A DNA stretch of 64,000 nt, taken from the NCBI GenBank assembly GCA_015680685.1, contig MNCI01003374.1, forward strand, positions 62,001 through 126,000, in the 5' to 3' direction. Every line of letters starts with the position of its first letter. The first letter of the stretch is position 1. Positions 53,100-64,000 of the stretch are shown piece by piece. The position numbers and the translations under genes are program-made. Origin of the DNA: Gnetum montanum. Its lineage: Eukaryota > Plantae > Gnetophyta. Under the pieces are notes generated by a model. It was not told where the DNA came from, did not search any database, and saw only the letters and a list, made by a program, of their open reading frames with translations.

Positions 53100-53700
53100 C
53101 CACCCCCCGCCAGAGCGCCAAAATCAGACCAGAGTGCCGGTCGCGCCGTTTGAGCCTGAGCGTCTCTTTAAAGAAGCGGGGGAGGTTGACGGGGGTACCC
53201 AACCTGAGGCAACGCAGGAAGGCAAAGTGAAGGCCCTGCAGCTTGGAAGCGTTGCCAGACTGGACGAAGTAGCGCTCAATCAAATCAGTTCCCCTGGCCC
53301 ATAAGCACGGCAAAGAGGACTTGGGGACTTGCCGACTCTGGGTCTGAGGGACGGGCCCATCAAAAAACAGCTCTGCGTCCTCTAGCCCTCGGGTAGAGGG
53401 CAAGAGGATTTCCCCAGCGATTGGGGCCCCCAGACAGCTGGCAATCAAGGATTCGGCGACCCAAATTTCGCGCCCAGGAAAAAGGGTACGGTCGTTGACC
53501 CAGTTGGAGAAAAACGCATCATCTGCCAGATCAGGGTCCCCCACCAGCCGCTGTAGCGGCTCTGACCAGCCGCACTGGGTCACCAATCGCCAAAGCACCT
53601 CGTCAACCTGGAACGCGGCGCAGTCCGGTTCAAAAGTGGGCGCCTTTCCCATGGTAACCTCGATTTCTTTCCACGCTGCGACAGCCTGGGAGACCAAACG
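53100..53700 (-). CDS. LINE-J1 extension: plant-transposon-protein/PMD-like helical domain, in frame with the ORF2 WxxWKxxN motif
   Basis: CGWSEPLQ...AFFSNW...GREIWVAESLIASCLGAP...FLRCLRLGTPVNLPRFF within ORF 53035-53973. Confidence 0.6.
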
Positions 53701-56700
53701 CGGCAGAGGGGGGCACTGCTGCTGTTGAAAAACGGCGTTGTTTGGTGCCTTCCACACTACCCATAAAAGTAGCATGGCTAGGGAGTCGCCCGTGAGGCGT
53801 CTCGGGGGGGCATAGTCGCCGCGTGCCACGTGGCGCGCATGCAGGGGCACTCCGCCGCGAAGTGCTGCGTTGTTTCCTCCTCGGCGCCGCATGTAGGACA
53901 CGTCGCGGAACTTAGGATCCCACGCCGATGCAGTAGGGCCCGTATTGGCAACGCATCGTTTTTCAGGAGCCACAGGAAAAATTTAATTTTTTCGGGCAGG
54001 CATCCCTGCCATATCTGCCGCCAGCCGTCCATCCGAGGGTACTTGNCAAGGTCTGCATTGTGTGAGCATGCCGGTAGAGCCCCTGCCATGGCCTCGAATC
54101 TTGCGCACCCGAAACCCAAGGCAGATATTTGGTCTTCATGATTCGGATCCAAGGGATCGGTTCTACCTGGGGGCGCGAAAATCGGAGTAGTAACCGTTGT
54201 TGCCCGATCATCAGCTCGTCTTCGAAGGAGGTAACACCCAAGCCCCCAGCACTGCGGGGGCGCATGACCTGTTCCCAGCAGACTAGATGAATTCTGCGCC
54301 CCCCCCTTGCCCCCCTTCCAAATGAAGGTACGGACGAGAGAATTAACCGCAGAAATGATCGCATTCGGAGGCGTGGCCATGGTCGCCACAAACCTCGCGA
54401 TTGCCGTGAGGATTCCAGTGGCCACCAACAAGCGCCCTTTGCGACTGAGGAATCTAGTCGCCCAATGGCTCATTCTTCTCTCGATTTTTCCGAGCAGCGG
54501 GCCCCACACCGTAGTCCGTCCCCATCTGAAAAGGGGGATACCTAGATATGTGTCGTTGTACGTGCCTGGCAGGATATTCAGGATGTGTATCGCCCGGTTC
54601 TTAACCTCAGCATCCGCATTGAAGAAGTGGGCGGAGGATTTGGTTCGATTGATTTCCAGTCCCACCTCGGCCGCGAGACGAGACAAGGCAACGTTAATGC
54701 ACCGTGCCTGTGGGACCGTTGCTCTACTAAGCAACATCGTGTCGTCCGCATAGTGTTCGGTTCGGCATGCCACTCCGGCAATGTCTAGATCGTCCACCCC
54801 CGAGGTGCTGCAGTATTGCTGCATTAAGTCCATGGCGATGATGAAAAGGAGGGGTGAGAGCAGGTCCCCTTGCCTCAACCCCCGCCCAGGGGAGGAGAGG
54901 CCCCATAAACGCCCCCCCACATCAAAGGAGAAACCTGCTGAGGACTGCATGTGGATGCATAAGCGGATGAACTGCAAATCAAACCCTTTCTGTAACATGA
55001 TGGACTGCAAGGCCTCCCAGCTGAGTGTGTCATAAGCCTTGGTGATGTCAAGTTTGAGGCAAAGCCCAGGAAAGCTCGTATTCCGAAGCGAATGAAACAC
55101 CTCCTGCATGAGGAGGATTGGGTCCTGAATTGCCCGTCCTTGCATGAACCCCGCCTGGTTGGTCCCCACCAGCTTGGGCATGACCGGCATAAGCCGATTC
55201 ACTAGCAGCTTGGAGAAGATCCTGATAAGGACATTGCAGACCCCAATGGGGCGGAAATGCTCCGGGCGGTGTGCGTCCGATTGCTTTGGGATGCAGACAA
55301 TGCGGGAGCAGTTGAGTTCCCTTCGAACTTGTCTCCTGGCCAACATAAGATTGAACGCATCTAGAATATTGGGCCCCACAATATCTATGAAAGTTTTAAA
55401 AAACTCAAGGCTCCAACCGTCAGGACCTGGCGCTTTGCCACCAGGCATGCTAGTGATCGTGGCTGTGAGCTCCGACCATGAGAAGGGGGCCAACAGTCGG
55501 ACGTTGTCGTGCTCGCTCAGCACATGCTGCACGGGAACCAAGATGGGCATGGTGGGGCGCCTGGCCCAAATCCCGCGCCAGTATTGCATCAGCTCGTGCG
55601 CAATCTGTTGTGGATCATCAGTAGTTTCGCCGGCCTAATTGCGGAGGCAACGGGGTTGATAGTCCCCCCGGGTTTTGGCCATAGCGAAGAAGAATCTGGT
55701 CTGTCGGTCCCCCTCCCTAATCCACCGGACTCGGGAACGTTGTCACCAGTACGTCTCCTCTTCGAGGTCAAGGGATTGGAGTTGCCGCAACGTGTGCAGC
55801 TCCTCCACGTGTAAATCCTCACCTGCTTCCTGTCGGGCCTGGATCTGGCCAAGCTGGGCACGGAGCTTCCGTATGCCAGTTCGGAAGGAGAACTTTACCT
55901 CCACAGGGAGGGCCCTGATGGCCCACTTCATCCGAAGCAAGGCACCTTTGAGGAAATCCCGTGGGTCCCCCCGGCCGGGTCGGTAGTTAGCCCAAATCTC
56001 CTCCACCATCGGCCTCAGCCATAGCTTGGCTAACCAGGCAACCTCGAAGCGGAAGGGATGAGGGGCCCTAGGCTTATCCGGCCCAATTAGGCAGGTCAGC
56101 GAACGATGATCGGAAGCCACCCTTTCCTGGCCCACCACACGGATGGAGGAGTGGAGCAGGAGATCAGCGCTAACCCAAACCCGATCAATCCGGGTGAGAA
56201 CCCGGTCCGGTCCCTTCCTCCGATTACTTCACGTGAAGCGGCAGTTCTCAATAGGCAAGTCCACGAGGGAGAAGGTGGCCAGGAAAGCCTGGAATTCCGC
56301 AGCCCCCTGCGGCGGGCGGGCACCCCCTCGGACTTCTCCCAAGGGTGAAGGCGCTGGTTGAAGTCCCCAACCACCAGCCACGACCGATGGTCGGGGACCA
56401 GCGTCGTCACCCGGTTCAGTTCGCGCAGCCGCTCCCCCCACTGCTAGGCGCCATAGAAATTAGTCAACCAGATCCCGTGCACAGGGACCTGAACAGTGAT
56501 GGCCCACTGCGATGCATCAAGGAGGTGCATGACACAGCGGGCAAGAATGGCGAGTCCGCCGGCCCGACCCCAGCAGGGGTGCGTGTAGGTAGTCCAGCCC
56601 TCCCACTGGAGGAAGTGCGACTCCGTGGGCTGTAGTTTGGTTTCCTGGAGACAAACAATGTCACAGTCTTCATCTCGGATAATTCTGCGCAGGGTGTTTC

Positions 56701-56748
56701 TTTTGTAGGGGGTACCCTGTCCCCTGCAGTTCCAGCTGAACACCTTCA
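53700..56748 (-). pseudogene. LINE-J1 ORF2 core: APE endonuclease, RT, zf-RVT (a few frameshifts and stops)
   Basis: MKVFSWNCRG, CLQETK, GDFN, SDH; KAPGPDG, FRPIGVCN, KLDITKAYD, GLRQGDLLSP, HYADD, YLGIPL; CPTCGAEEETTQHFAAEC; WVVWKAPNNAVF. Confidence 0.95.
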
Positions 56749-57199
56749 TGTATGACCAGAGGTGCGGCGTTGGTAGACCTCCCGCAAGGTCTGTTGCTGC
56801 CCCAAGTCGATATCGCGCTGGGTTTGTTTGTTTCTGGTACTGGTCTCGGTTGGTCGGCCCGGGCGGTTTTCGCCGGCTCGCACCACTGGGCTGCACCCTG
56901 GTTAATTTAATTGACCAGTCTTTCCCTTAAAAAAATACATAAAATCATGTTCACAAAACATCAAAGATGTGCAAACATGAATTTTTATTAGTGTATGTAC
57001 ACCGCAAGATCATCATAAACCAAAAGGTTGAAGATGATGTTACGAGTATCCTTTGCCAAAGAAATGAAGGTACGAGTTGGTGTAGAAAAAAGTTAGGATA
57101 CTGGTTCCTAAAAAGGAAGAGAAGAAAAATACATGAAATCATGTGCATGACAAAATTTAAAATGTAGTCGTAAGCAAATACTTATGAAACTGAAGAGAA

Positions 57200-60100
57200 G
57201 TAAGAGGTCATGGGCTTAGAATGGTGGGAGAAGATGATGAGCATGGTAGCAGCAGAGATGGGAGTGGAGATGTAGATGTTCTCTACAATGGTGGACCTTG
57301 GATTTACTAGAAAATGAGAGGCAGAGGAGGTAACAAGAGTTGTGTTGGTGCTGCTAAGCATGCCATCTTGGGGGCTACTAGCTGGGTTGGCCTTGATGAG
57401 GGTTTTGGATTGTTGACATTGATGAGTGCAGGATTCGTTGGTTAGGGCCTACAAGGTACAAGTGCTTGGCACCTTAGGATGGACAACATCAAAGAGGTTA
57501 GCAGGTCCTAGGGAGTGATGTGCCTTAAGTTGCATGCTCTCGCTTTGGAGGGTTTGCACATGTTTGAATGCAGCCTCTTCAGCAAGTTTGTTTTAGCTGG
57601 TGTGTAGTTGTGATTGGAACTTGTTTGGTGTTGGGTGATCTCCTCATGGGGAGTTGCAGATCTAGAGCTTTGTTCACTGATAGGGGAGCTTATGCTTGTC
57701 GTGTTTCCGAAGTTGGGGGCTAGAGATTAGGTCCTATTGGGGGACCCCTAGTTCTTTGGCACCAAGGGCTTGGCCTTGATGCCTTGGAGGCTAGGTGCCC
57801 ATCATGCATTGGTGTGGGTTAGGATGTTAGGAGTCCCTTGGTATTTATGAACCACAAACTTCTTGCACACGATCATGGGGTTTTTCGGTGAGTTCATCTT
57901 GTTTGACAAATTCAAAAAAACAAAAGAGTGCATGGATATGTTAGATTTTGTGTTTGGCGGTCCCTCTTCGCAGATGACCTCCTCAAAGAGGTCACTCTGG
58001 GTCTGCCAACAGGGGAAGAAATTCTTGCGATCAAGTACGAGAACATCCATTTGTTGGCATCAATGCCCTCAGGCTTTGTGATACATGGCCTATGGGTTTT
58101 GCGGCAAAGGAAATCATACCATGGAAGAATGCTACCTATGTCACAGAGGAACACATTGACATCAGAAGGAGTTTGGTGACCTCTCCCTCTCCTTGCACCT
58201 TTTTTTTAGGGCGGGGGTGGGGGGCGTGGGAATAGGTCTAGAGATGAGGCTGAAGAAAACCCAACAAAAAACTGACTTAGGGACCTGGATGATCCTAAAA
58301 GGGGTATACAAGAAAAGGGCTACCAGTAGGCCATGAATATCATCTCATGGAACTGCAGGGAACAAGGTACCCTCTACAAAAGAGGTACCTTGAAGGAATT
58401 GATGCGAGTTGGTAACTCTGACGTTGTGTGCCTATAGGAGACCAAGCTCCAAGTCACACAATGTCAGGTTTTAGAATAGCAAGGATGGAATGCCATTTTT
58501 GTGGTATCTTGTGGGAAGCCGGGGGGTGGGGGGTGTTTGGTGACTATTTCTAAGATCCTAATGCACCTGTTTGAATAATCCTAGTTGAGCATCACCACCT
58601 TCATGCCTTTGTAGAGACTTTAGCTAACAAACTTCTACAGGCCACATGATCTAGAAGCTAGACTAAAGGAGCTACACAAGATTGTGGGACAAATCCCTAA
58701 TAGCTTGGATCATGATTGGTGATTTCAATCAACGGTCATTCTTGTGGGAAAAGATTGGGGGAGTCTCAACCCCACCCCCAAGTAGCCAAGAATCCTTGTT
58801 CTACCTCCAAAACTTTGAACTGGTTGATGTGGAGGTTAAAGGATGTTGTTACACCTGGCACAATAGATGGAATGTCAAAGATTGACAAAGTTTGGGTCAG
58901 TTTGACATTGTTTCTTACAAATGAAATTCATGTCATTGAACTTGAAAGAAGGGCCTTTGGTCATAGAGTGCTTCTTTGCTCCATTCATACACCTGAAAAG
59001 TTGGGGCCAAGACTTTTCAGACTGGAAAGGTCATGGTTAAACAAACCTTGGCTTGCCCACCTCGTTTCAGATATCTAGAAGAGATACTTGTCTCAGACGG
59101 ATCCTAGAGATTTCCTCAAAAAGGGACTTATTGCCCTCAAAAAGAGGATACATGAACAACAAAAGGGAGATAAATATGCTTTCAAAAAGCATTGTGCTTG
59201 CTTGAAAGAAAGATTGTTGGAGATCTGAGCTAGCTAGGAGCTAGGGCAATCCTCAGATGAGGAAGAGCATGATCTCCTCTTCCAACTACATCTCTCGAAG
59301 GAAGAAGAGTAGTACTGGAAGAAACGAGCACAAATGAGATGGCTACATGATGGAGATAGGAATGCTAAGTTGTTCTTTGTTGCAGCTAAAACGAACAAGG
59401 AAGGTAAAAGAATCCATAGCATCACGCAAGGGGAAAGCACTGTGCATGATGAGCAAGTCATTGCCCATGCTATGCAACAATACTGGTCTGGCATTTGGTT
59501 TGGGGGAGATCCCTCTCCTAGTTCCATCCACATCTAGAGGGTCATTCAAGTGCAAGAAAATGAAAGGTTGATTGCACCTATCACTAAGCAAGAGCTTTCT
59601 GAGGTCTTTAGATCTATGAGAGCTAATAGGGCCCCAGGTTCAGAGAGATGGGTGGAAGTTTTTAGACACTTCTTCAACATTCTTGGCAACAACATTGTTG
59701 ATGCTTTCAATCTCATGCTTAGATGGGGACATGTTAGACATGAAATAAATTTCTTTAGAATTGTGTTGATACCAAAAATTACCCACCCCATTGAACCAGC
59801 TCACTTTAGGCCAATAGGGGTTTGTAATACGTTGCTTAGGTTGTTTACAAAGATTCGTATTGCTAGACTACAACCACTCATGCCCTCCATAGTGGGCTTT
59901 TGGCAAATTGGATTTATCAAGGACATGTACATTCAGGACCAAATTCTATTATTGCAAGAGATCATGCACTCTATGCAGAAAGCAAAATTCCTAGGTATGT
60001 GCATCAAGCTTGATATTGCTAAGGGCTAAGATAAGGTCTACTAAGGTCCACTTAACGACATTATGCTATGAAAAGGGCTCCACCCAAAATTTGTTGATCT

Positions 60101-62040
60101 ATGCATTAACCTTTAGGCTTTAGGGGCCTACTCTTTTGATATTAATGGACGTCTTTGGGGATTTTCTTCCCTCTGTAGGGGTTTATGCCAAGGAGACCCC
60201 CTTTGACTATATCTCTTTATCATCACCATGGACACTATGAATACATATTGTAAGGCTGAAGGCATTTGCCATTTGAGCATTGAGGGGGTCACGTGTATTG
60301 TTGAACACTATGCAGATGATAGGATTTTAGTCATGTGGTCGATGGCTCCATAGGTGGAAGTAGTGTCTAGAGCCCTCCAGAAAATGTCCAAAGAGATTAG
60401 ACTTACTATGAATTGGGGAAAATCCATGGCTCATTTCTTTTGCACGGACACAATGGTGAAATGAAGGATATGTAGGATGTTGGGGATCCAACAAGGGTCT
60501 TTGTAGGACTCATATTTAGAAGTGCCCATGTTTGCATGAAATTGCAAGGCCCCTTGGACAGTGCTGATATAGAGAATCCAAACTAGAGTGCAACACTAGG
60601 CTTCCAGAATCTTGACCTAGAAGGGCAGAATACTGTTGGCTTCTTCTATCCTATTAGAAATGGGAAAATTCATAGCTTTGGTTGATTATCTTGGTATCCC
60701 GACTATGGGGGAGACAGTGTTGCCCTTAGGGCAAGGGCTTCAAGATGCTGAGAGCTTCTTCCTTGGATTGGTCCCAAAAATCAAGAGCAGCTAAGTCCCC
60801 AAGTTGGCCTTACCTTTGCTTTGGTAGGATGCTATGGAGCTTGTGGAACTTTTCTTCTTCTAGTTGGGTAACATGTGAAAGCTCTAGGGAGTGCACTTTA
60901 CCTTCCTCTGTTGCATGCAGCTAGGCAAGCCACCTAATCTTCCAAAATTTTTCTTGGTTGCCCTTCATTGGAGAAGAAGGGGACACCACTTTGGCTTGAG
61001 CTTGGCCTTATGGAAAGTAGTGCGGCTTGTGGAGGCACCATTGGCTAAGCCCACTTTTGTCACCATGCCATATACTAAATGTAGGCTATCATAGGAGGGA
61101 GAGTCCTCCTCCTCTATGCAAGCCATCTTGGAAGGAGGAGCTGATGGTGGTAGGGGAAGGTTTGGATTGGTATGTCGCTACCACATATTGACCCTTCTCC
61201 TTGTAGGAGTAGGTCTAGACCCTCGAGGATCATATTCGTAGAGAGTTGCAACGAAAGTTTGAAGTTGACCTCCATAGGGACACTATTGAGGTTGACGCCA
61301 AAGTCAGGGTAGAGGAACAAGCATGATGGGAAGTTGAGCTACAAAGATGGGAAGAGGAGGCCAAGGCTAAGTGATGGGAGGAAGAACAATAGCTTAGAGA
61401 GGTGGCTGCGAATGAGCAGCATCAAAAGGAGCTACAAGACGTTGCATTTAGAAGTGAGATGGAGGACCAGCTCTGGGAGCAAATTAGGGAGTACTTGCAC
61501 TAGGAGGAGTTGGAGTGGCTGTGAAGAGAGGAAGAGGAGGAAGAGCAGCGTGTCAGGGCCCTTTTGGAGGAACAACAAATTAAAAGGAACCATGATGCTA
61601 CACACAAAGCCAATGCCCAATGATGGTTTTGCATGGGAAGATGCCCATGTATGGTCATGAGAATAAGTCACAATGTCTTGTGGGCTAGGCTGAGGAGATG
61701 TATTAGGACTACTTCCGCTAAGTTTCACTTTGAGGCCACCATTGAATCTGCCAAAAACAACATGAAGAGTAGTGTAAGGAATTTCAGGAGGCTGCAATGT
61801 TTGTTGCCTTGAAACACTATAGGGCAGTCCTGGATGCGGTACACGCCCAGGAACAGGCACGGTGCCCCTGTACTAGGCTGCCAAGGTCCATCGGATGCCA
61901 TCATTCACAAGGACCAAGAAGGGTTGCCCGATGTGGGTGTGGATAGCCTAGTGATGGGGCAATTTTTGTTTTTTGTCAAGCACCCCTTGTTTGCTGTCCT
62001 GTTCGTTTTTGTTTGCTGACTGCTGGAATTAAAGTTAATC
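57200..62040 (+). mobile_element. LINE-J2: older decayed relative of LINE-J1, with ORF1, ORF2 and the same C-terminal module
   Basis: ORF1 DUF4283-like VWVRMLGVPWYL...GYVRFCV (about 57810-58050); ORF2 ATG 58333 MNIISWNCR; RT FRPIGVCN, KLDIAK, HYADD; extension 60680-61025; coiled coil 61280-61600; J-like 61642-61835. Both ends approximate. Confidence 0.88.
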
Positions 62041-62096
62041 CGATGTGCACATAACATTGCTTGCCATTCTCTAGCAAGAGGCCAGCATTTGACTTA

Positions 62097-62365
62097 GCCC
62101 ATTGGCTGGCATTTTGTAACCTTTCTATTGGTAAACATGTGCAAATTTGTTTTTTTTTTTTTACATCTTGCTGTTTTTCTGTTCCTCTATATACTTATTC
62201 TTTTATTTTTTTAAAAAAGGTTTTGGCTTTGAAACCTTATGCATTGTAATGCAACTACTTGCACAGCACTTGGGAACTGGACATTTCATGATAAAAGTGA
62301 TCATTGTTTCAGCAGATACGTTACGTGTAGGTGAATTGATCTTTGTCTCATTATCGGAATTGATA
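62097..62365 (+). repeat. Diverged second copy of intronic sequence 42830-43096
   Basis: Shared ggtaaacatg, ttacatcttgctgtttttctgttcct, caactacttgcac.gcacttgggaactggac and gtctcattat.ggaattgat. Confidence 0.9.
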
Positions 62366-63309
62366 CTGGTTTTGTGTAGGCACATATTGTGCATGTTAGG
62401 CCAACACTCTTGTTCTCAGTTAAGTATTTCATATAATGGTGATTTCATGCTTTGTGTGATGTTTTTAAAATGAATTTCTGTACCATCATGTGTTTCAGCA
62501 CTGCAACAATGACTTTTTTGGTCATGTTCAAAACTGCTAGATAGCTTTCATCATCATAGTGCTTTTATCTCATCAACATAGGCTAACTCATTACCTAATG
62601 CTCGTGGACGTTTATTTTTGTTATACGTCCTCGAGGTGGGATGTATCTCAACATAACTCTGGAAATTGAACTTATGACTTGCAAACCACAAGACACCTAC
62701 TGTAACCAATGGATCTAGGTTTCTAGATAGCTTTGATATTATTAAATAGTTATAAGAACATACCTAGGATTTTTTAGATTGGTTGCATGTATTATGGATC
62801 CTTGATCATATTTTGTAGTTGATGTCTTAGATATCAGGGAATCACTTTGGAGCATTGGATACTGATTTTGTTTCATTGGCTAAGTTGCTAAGAACATGGT
62901 AAGGTTCACTCTAAATCCAAATTTTAGAATCAAAATTATTTTCTTTATTTGTTAAAATAAATGTTTTAAAAGTTGGGAAATTGCTTTTAATGGAAACAAG
63001 AGAGTTGGGAAAAGTCGGCAAGTTAAATGAGGTGGTAAAGAAAGTCAAATGAATCAGATTGAAAAACATGGATTTTGTATGAAAAATACTGAGAAGAAAA
63101 AGTTGGCCCAACCACTTGGGCTGGCTTGCATTTTAGTGTGGTGACTAATCATTAGATTGACAATCAGTTGCTAGTTTGGAACACTGGTTAAAATATTCTT
63201 AACTTCAAATTTTAATTATTAAAGATGTAGACCATCTATTTGTTTTGGTTGAAGACTTATGTAGTTTTATATGTTTTTTTTTTCTGACAAGGACATCACC
63301 CATCCCTTA

Positions 63310-64000
63310 TGTAAACCTCAAGACATTGTTGTGTGTGCTTCTTGCTTATGTGTGTTGCCTTTTGTGTCTTGAGGAGTTCAGGATACATTCAGGATGTTCT
63401 GGGACTTTTGGGAGCTTGTTGGAGGCGTTTGGGACTTCAACTGGGACATCTTATTGTGTTGGACCCTGCCTGGAAAGATGTCTTCTCCTGGCAAAAGACA
63501 TCTTCCCAGTTTGAAAGATGTGTTCTGTGACAGCTTGGCTCTTGGGAAAGATGTCTTCCTTGATGTCTTCTTTGCATCCTTGCTACATTTGGGAAAGATG
63601 TCTCCTCCTTGGCAAAGATGTCTTCTTTGGCAGGGAGATGTTCTATTGTACAGATTCCAACAGACACCAAATTGTAATTTTGATTACTAGGGGAGACGAA
63701 GTATCACTCAAGAAAGTATAAATAAGTGTCAAAGGCCTGACATTGGGCAAGAGTGTAAGAGAGTGGCAGAAGTTGGAAGGGAGAAGAGTGCAGGTGAGGG
63801 AGAGCTTGTGTTAGGACAATTGTGTCCAATTGAGTGAGAGGCAAGAGTGAGGCACTTGAGAGAGGATGAGAAATCTGTCTTGAGCTTTGTGCTCTAAGTA
63901 TGAGCAATTGAGGGATTGAGAGGGGACATGTGTGGCCTCTAATATCCTTGGGAGGTTTGAGTTAAGCTTGGCCCCTCATCTTTGAAGTATTTTTCCATTT
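63310..64000 (+). repeat. Probable start of another LTR (U3-like repeats, TATA, GA-rich R-like region)
   Basis: Clustered aagatgtctt/aagacatctt motifs 63475-63645; tataaata at about 63717. No partner LTR in the window. Confidence 0.4.

Larger units (their letters stand above)
52132..56901 (-). mobile_element. LINE-J1: young GC-rich L1-type LINE, 5'-truncated just above ORF2, with a C-terminal accessory module including a J-domain
   Basis: Poly(A) at 52132-52140; candidate TSD ttaattt; CpG-intact. Flanks rejoin into another LINE-like 3' end (...ttgaccagtctttcccttaaaaaaa). Confidence 0.92.

Noticed and set aside
53072-53108. G-run as a functional G-quadruplex or programmed frameshift site
   Set aside because: It encodes the poly-Pro linker on the coding strand, and homopolymer length is unreliable in this assembly.
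52132-56901. GC-rich island as bacterial contamination, horizontal transfer, retron or group II intron
   Set aside because: APE endonuclease, L1-type RT, zf-RVT, poly(A) and a decayed relative next door identify it as a resident plant LINE.
52179-56930. Many overlapping plus-strand ORFs over LINE-J1
   Set aside because: Shadow ORFs expected in GC-rich sequence antisense to ORF2; no recognisable motifs.

Overview
AT-rich, methylation-decayed land-plant nuclear DNA. It is eukaryotic, with spliceosomal GT-AG introns; a large-genome non-angiosperm lineage is plausible but only inferred. Left half (525-30786): one Athila-type Ty3/gypsy element sitting in an old LINE, with a chromovirus-type element (itself holding an Athila fragment) and a second Athila element nested inside. 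All three main insertions are resolved by LTR termini, PBS/PPT and 5-bp TSDs. Middle: LINE debris, a solo LTR and tRNA-derived SINE-like repeats. Right half: exons 1-3 of the host tubulin-folding cofactor B gene, then an intron of more than 22 kb packed with non-LTR elements. The standout is a pair of related L1-type LINEs (52132-56901 minus, GC-rich and young; about 57200-62040 plus, decayed). After EN-RT-(zinc finger) both continue into an unusual module: a 'plant transposon protein'/PMD-like helical domain, a coiled coil and a DnaJ-type J-domain, with an intact HPD in the young copy. A similar helical-domain plus coiled-coil accessory gene also occurs in both LTR lineages. All domain calls are by-eye motif recognition; no searches were run.
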